From the IMG/VR virus record IMGVR_UViG_3300037467_001303, positions 40,866 to 104,865 of that record: DNA of 64,000 nt. One strand, given 5' to 3'. Positions 62,801 to 64,000 of this stretch are shown here, one piece after another (position 1 is the stretch's first letter; the number at the start of each line of letters is the position of its first letter). The stretch comes from a virus. The notes beneath the pieces were generated by a model. The model did no database searches, was not told the origin of the DNA, and saw only the letters and a program-made list of their open reading frames with translations. The position numbers and the translations under genes are program-made.

Positions 62801-64000
62801 CAAGCTGAACATCACCGGCCAGAAGTACACCGCAGGTGATTTGCTGCCGGCGCTGTCCAGGGTCATCGAAATGCTGGTGAAGAAGGGCGTGCGCTCGTTC
62901 TCGAAGGCCGTCGCCACCGCCGCGCGCGGCATGCGCGCCAACGACAAGACCGCGCCGTTTGTCGACCAGATCAGCCCGCGCCAGTGGAAGGCCGCCTACA
63001 ACGCGATCGCCGAAATGCACGAGGGCACCGACACCGAGGCGGCCGTCAACGCCGTCTCGAACGACGAGGTGGCGCGCCTGGTGGCGCCGCCGGCGCCGGT
63101 GACGGCCGAGGGCATCGACATGCTCGGCAAGCGGATCGGCGAGATCGAGGCACGCCTGTCGACGCTCAGGACGCTGCGCGAGCGGGCCGAATCGACCGGC
63201 AACGCCTGGGTCTACGACGAGAAGATCGCCGAGCACGAGAAGGAGTTGCAGGAATTCCGTGACGCCCGCGAGCGCGCCATGCTGGCGCAGGGCAAGGCCG
63301 AACCGTCCATCGAGCAGCGCGTCGACGACCTGCCGAACGACAAGGTCTACGCCTTGCACGAGGCACTGAACCTGTATACCGGCCGCTCGTACACCATCGA
63401 GAAGATGCGTGAGCGCATCAAGGCGCAGCCGGCCGACGAGATCCAGCGCGGATTCGACGCGCTGAAAGCAGCGCAGGACTGGCGCGAATCCATTGGCCGC
63501 GCCGGCGCGCCGTACGGCCTGGTGCTGGTCGACTACCACCCCGGCATCATGGGGGCCAATCTCGCCCTGCGCGACGACCCGCAGGCGCCGTTCGCGCAGG
63601 TCAACCTCATGGGGGACGCCAAGCACTACGAGGTGCGCTATCGTGGGATCAGCGCCTGGGACGCGCGCAACAGCGATCTGGACGCTATGCTCAAGGAAGC
63701 GGCCGAGGTGCTGCGCGAGTTCGAGGACCCGTCCGTCAGCAAGGAGCAGCGCGAGGCGAACGACCTGGCCCGCTACAAGGAAAACCAGCGCCGCGGCGAA
63801 GCGGAGCGCAAGGAGCGGGGCGAGCGCCTGGCGAACGACAAAGCCGGCAAGGCCGGCACGTCGGCCAAGGAACAGCCGAAGAAACCCGGCAAGGTGTATG
63901 GACAGGCCAAGTTGCGCCTGGACTACGGTGTGCCGGCGATCGACGGCTACACGGAAACGAAGGAATTCCCGCACGGTCCGCCCGGCGACATCCCGAGCGG
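53886..64000 (+). CDS. Giant polyvalent virion protein (>3370 aa, runs off the window) with inorganic-pyrophosphatase-like and TGT-like domains
   Basis: Absent from the ORF track because it has no stop in the window. MSDDTQPNPYAQF...; frame open in every segment I translated (not checked codon by codon throughout). GNYKKG...ENP.G..R.G...W...M..HYGYI.GT.GADGD.VD...FDEHKVMLGY at about 55570-56060. Confidence 0.88.
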   Translation, partial: MSDDTQPNPYAQFVDKPADPAAQPANPYAQFAQQPAGANPYAQYSYAGADQQPVKQRGALGEIANQLKAGFISDLPKMAGQALQYAVEPGDKLYDIGKSIADYGRAQAQRPDLQPQESTHNFATNALASGARMIPQSIVPAMAVGAAIARPTSALPMVARLGIGSVASSLPAAMSQGQETLDKAHEKGGIPEDQAREAARITAFEEGAGESIGTFALGKLFGIAGRALGKSHAGTAAEQALEGATNTQVLKPWLRQLPETIGVEVGTEMGQNASEAETERRYGIDDHSPWDAAKEAIAPTVGMTLLLAPFGLAGHGIDAGRTKQRNDIFQSPDADQQQRTQVANEIASQIGEVDKTAERNFRANVARAISANEPLPIDGSLFADPSQPRQAPATPAAGSAPANPDDPSAGAAVPENPLTAAAGRSPLRAFPFRNQDLAQKQADALAARDGVPYQVIPHPKQQGKFIAVPVEQSGAQDAAAAAAPLAEAAGVAPQDGAAPPAPVGLQPGEPVQVTINGVDQFENGTQLIDLSDDGQWARVQGADAAVPVSSLTRIDPAAAAAIDAGAHQAATSDQNDRKPPSEAQQRAGNYKKGEAELQGIPLMVENPVGTTREGTDPDGAPWSTTMSDHYGYIRGTRGADGDAVDTYIGPNPASHHVFVIDQLDQDTGEFDEHKVMLGYNSPEQAQKAYEAHYTQGWQGGENITATTVDGLKKWIKEGDTTAPFNPVYFGGEARPKEVAAPAAPAAKPQGQAATGPIEIPGSVTPEQKKAAGNQVAASPYFIMNGRTYETIDRNSGSGTVWAARATLQPAKRGAGVGGTTQFDFVEHDGQLWMADSKGDRTRLTPVTLTGAPTWAGDGKLDPHDAYVLERSLDGYHEGVTGRAADIRKSLLAYQAELRGEHQGDKLMPDDIVYDVSDTPRESQKVGANGPITVVATSQSTGQRGHGTGHTEEEAAAKARMGLWTNLNEQRNKAAAAKPQAEAAPARPGVQAAEHSEIIDVKDFVAKSTPVGKNDAGEALYESERGRFRLRNDRPDRPHGYPDFGGDLSPKRSDQYKRYQTTIERQLSNGQEIPAGVLEQIRADERLDDGEAEDLHDMATGGLRGGPAQKLSAQQLQYKLQNYRKDGRDKDGNQVWRKFDDAGESEVAVDKDGRVVRDHAVTHTFDLDDKRSVEMSVNGLTGQWFATEYDARHNQIKRVLLSDADMQRRDREKMLGEKFGADKVEELDRKVARTPAKAWATRPHARKAPGFNRQDFENDVRAYDWGIVGSKTEPAKLAAHKALGKKLADPGNYVTPAEQRAERIKKLDDEIAKRSAEVAQIEADKKAADEKKQGWQYVTKLKVAREALASARETRDSLAGAQAQTDKAAAEPSTVEKPSLHDQLEALLDEQAHHPERKDRNTVAGNRIFSFKFHTSIPVSQEALDQFVPLKGDALKARTAKVEKQWEEERARQQAEKDNFPTRGFEHVIKPESSDVQLQLATAKGWGFTEKTVPVRYPGSIDTVFHDYERGLEYDNGKPSSTKDSVKFEVRVAQGPNGNWTYSTAYNVGNSGGASSAPSIWDPQYATREQAITAGKDELLDRMKDRPDVVKKIEREYAKLGISGEAKAIAPTGDWPWKDSPFAARIDAALAKLAAHAPDYLRAYRSGFVQDANANRLTEESVAFREKKVDQIVGEKTGKATAVPFTPLDAAGMQKVSDVSDALPKEIVDAAIARWNPVAEQLAQLGYQHGEVFTNAPQAAQALERQLKDIANALMSLAPRRWLVERDKKLDPPKTEKEAKRRAATLRHLERAEDYATEVLGIKTRDYPAVDTANRITLAAGIRKKAGELESSDEEIAASAAPAMQPKGTWQESAFAKRIETMIGQLRGVGNDDMARVVEDDMKTAAGRGLLDEAEVKRKEELTRNILAKVAPKPGQSMVVTKGKDGHPQVDFWRIEFKGVVHADVDLPAPLVARVQNVLRTRPDAYHLSRPYRQNDTRIHLGQEDDRNANSQASMLLLDNGTVEMLGDDSHHWGSTMTQASAVKALNNWLNSLPELDHNPRNLPNGMWGTVENPLKFVSGMSRPGDYSKLFEGHRSVGVMVSELSNRDVDKALAEQMAKSNGYLFVDSGAFPIYKLNERAFAKALEKGFEDFKGEQILTFDQILERYERLDRAISEASDGEANDRAFFVMPDIVGRQEESLRLVGEYARTIKQYGDRAIIPLQSGKLSLTQAYESAMLELARDPDLDDGPVIGIPSAAEAVSNEELTALLKKHGDRIAGVHVLGAYSDLRLAPRLKAIRDAGYEGNVSADANRLRALMYGDRTRGQAWEELFNQSQPEGGRVDTTEQRKEEASKLVLARWGFTQDTVPANGEFGDWEVAVRKDNGRFGKEQLAFEINVAQAPNGKWAYSASYSQGGTTGNKIGMGTPGAAPKLASPAYATRMQAIEAGSEAIRTDMLKTHGDITRLAAPLHNAVKRLKEAEQEAAKPAKADRRVVKGFATMEQEAARLKQLQEIVRYQAMPTAGLTSEQRKTITRGISGAQKALGQLPAGRLTLAGARDLRGVADPLNSKLFKDWVENIRIRIEEKTPADLHAVYANYRHDRNGEQPLTKEFVAQMLAEQVGKTERPLAEPGWLGTLNDDQVEDVRDAMQDLREQSNTLLREYERLAPVDGIAPQGGAYVDALARGQALATLLQRVAQGDTVSEAKIRAKLFGSQILGNAAHTDNPIHRSAEPLNRFIDEAGAKIIEASEIDAQIKARTDAAKTKPAPFTEAPVRNYTVERAAANSVKLRPLPGQSFSQEDIAALQSWLKENGWSAFSEKNYVHGIGPTGAAWSDVPDADRVTKKDAAAQAASDKRDAERKAAEESRAADLARLGSAAWIDQVFGTDSMNGFNKAALARYLDGEAAQFAGLMNHKWEAGLRTLGLQEADLANGRVDDILQKVKRAYDQAKTAPRLNPETKPAPRQITDDELFDADFQDALGHLGDVLGDVFGGKLNITGQKYTAGDLLPALSRVIEMLVKKGVRSFSKAVATAARGMRANDKTAPFVDQISPRQWKAAYNAIAEMHEGTDTEAAVNAVSNDEVARLVAPPAPVTAEGIDMLGKRIGEIEARLSTLRTLRERAESTGNAWVYDEKIAEHEKELQEFRDARERAMLAQGKAEPSIEQRVDDLPNDKVYALHEALNLYTGRSYTIEKMRERIKAQPADEIQRGFDALKAAQDWRESIGRAGAPYGLVLVDYHPGIMGANLALRDDPQAPFAQVNLMGDAKHYEVRYRGISAWDARNSDLDAMLKEAAEVLREFEDPSVSKEQREANDLARYKENQRRGEAERKERGERLANDKAGKAGTSAKEQPKKPGKVYGQAKLRLDYGVPAIDGYTETKEFPHGPPGDIPS

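Noticed and set aside
50901-63974. 4357-aa minus-strand ORF
   Set aside because: Antisense shadow of the strongly codon-biased + strand genes; its translation has no recognisable domains, whereas the + frame has clear motifs.

Overview
The whole window is a contiguous 64 kb piece of one high-GC temperate phage or prophage. A betaproteobacterial host is my inference. It starts inside the cI repressor and ends inside a giant virion protein, so no att site, integrase or lysis cassette is visible. Gene order: lambdoid cI/operators/cro switch; Ref nuclease, SF2 helicase, Toprim primase, vWA, DUF1064 and Q-like antiterminator; late promoter; a fibre/appendage module (LamG protein and Thr/Gln-repeat protein); a leftward operon of small plasmid/ICE-like genes (radC, DUF4262, small HTH); terS/terL; a second leftward small-gene operon; a glycan-lyase-like fibre; an extended portal; a dNTP diphosphohydrolase and DNA methylase; scaffold and N4-gp56-like capsid; a methyltransferase-GT9 fusion; podovirus-type neck/tail genes; ejection-type proteins. 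The last gene is a >3370-aa polyvalent protein missing from the ORF track. The most interesting signals are: (1) a TGT/DpdA-like base-exchange domain with its catalytic motifs, embedded in that giant protein; (2) a two-hairpin RNA element with compensatory changes, repeated three times ahead of ribosome-binding sites in the first leftward operon; (3) a multi-helix, pseudoknotted element after the primase; (4) a portal with a ~330-aa YA(D/N)GG-punctuated extension; (5) the MTase-glycosyltransferase fusion in the head-neck module. All family assignments come from recognising motifs by eye; no searches were run.
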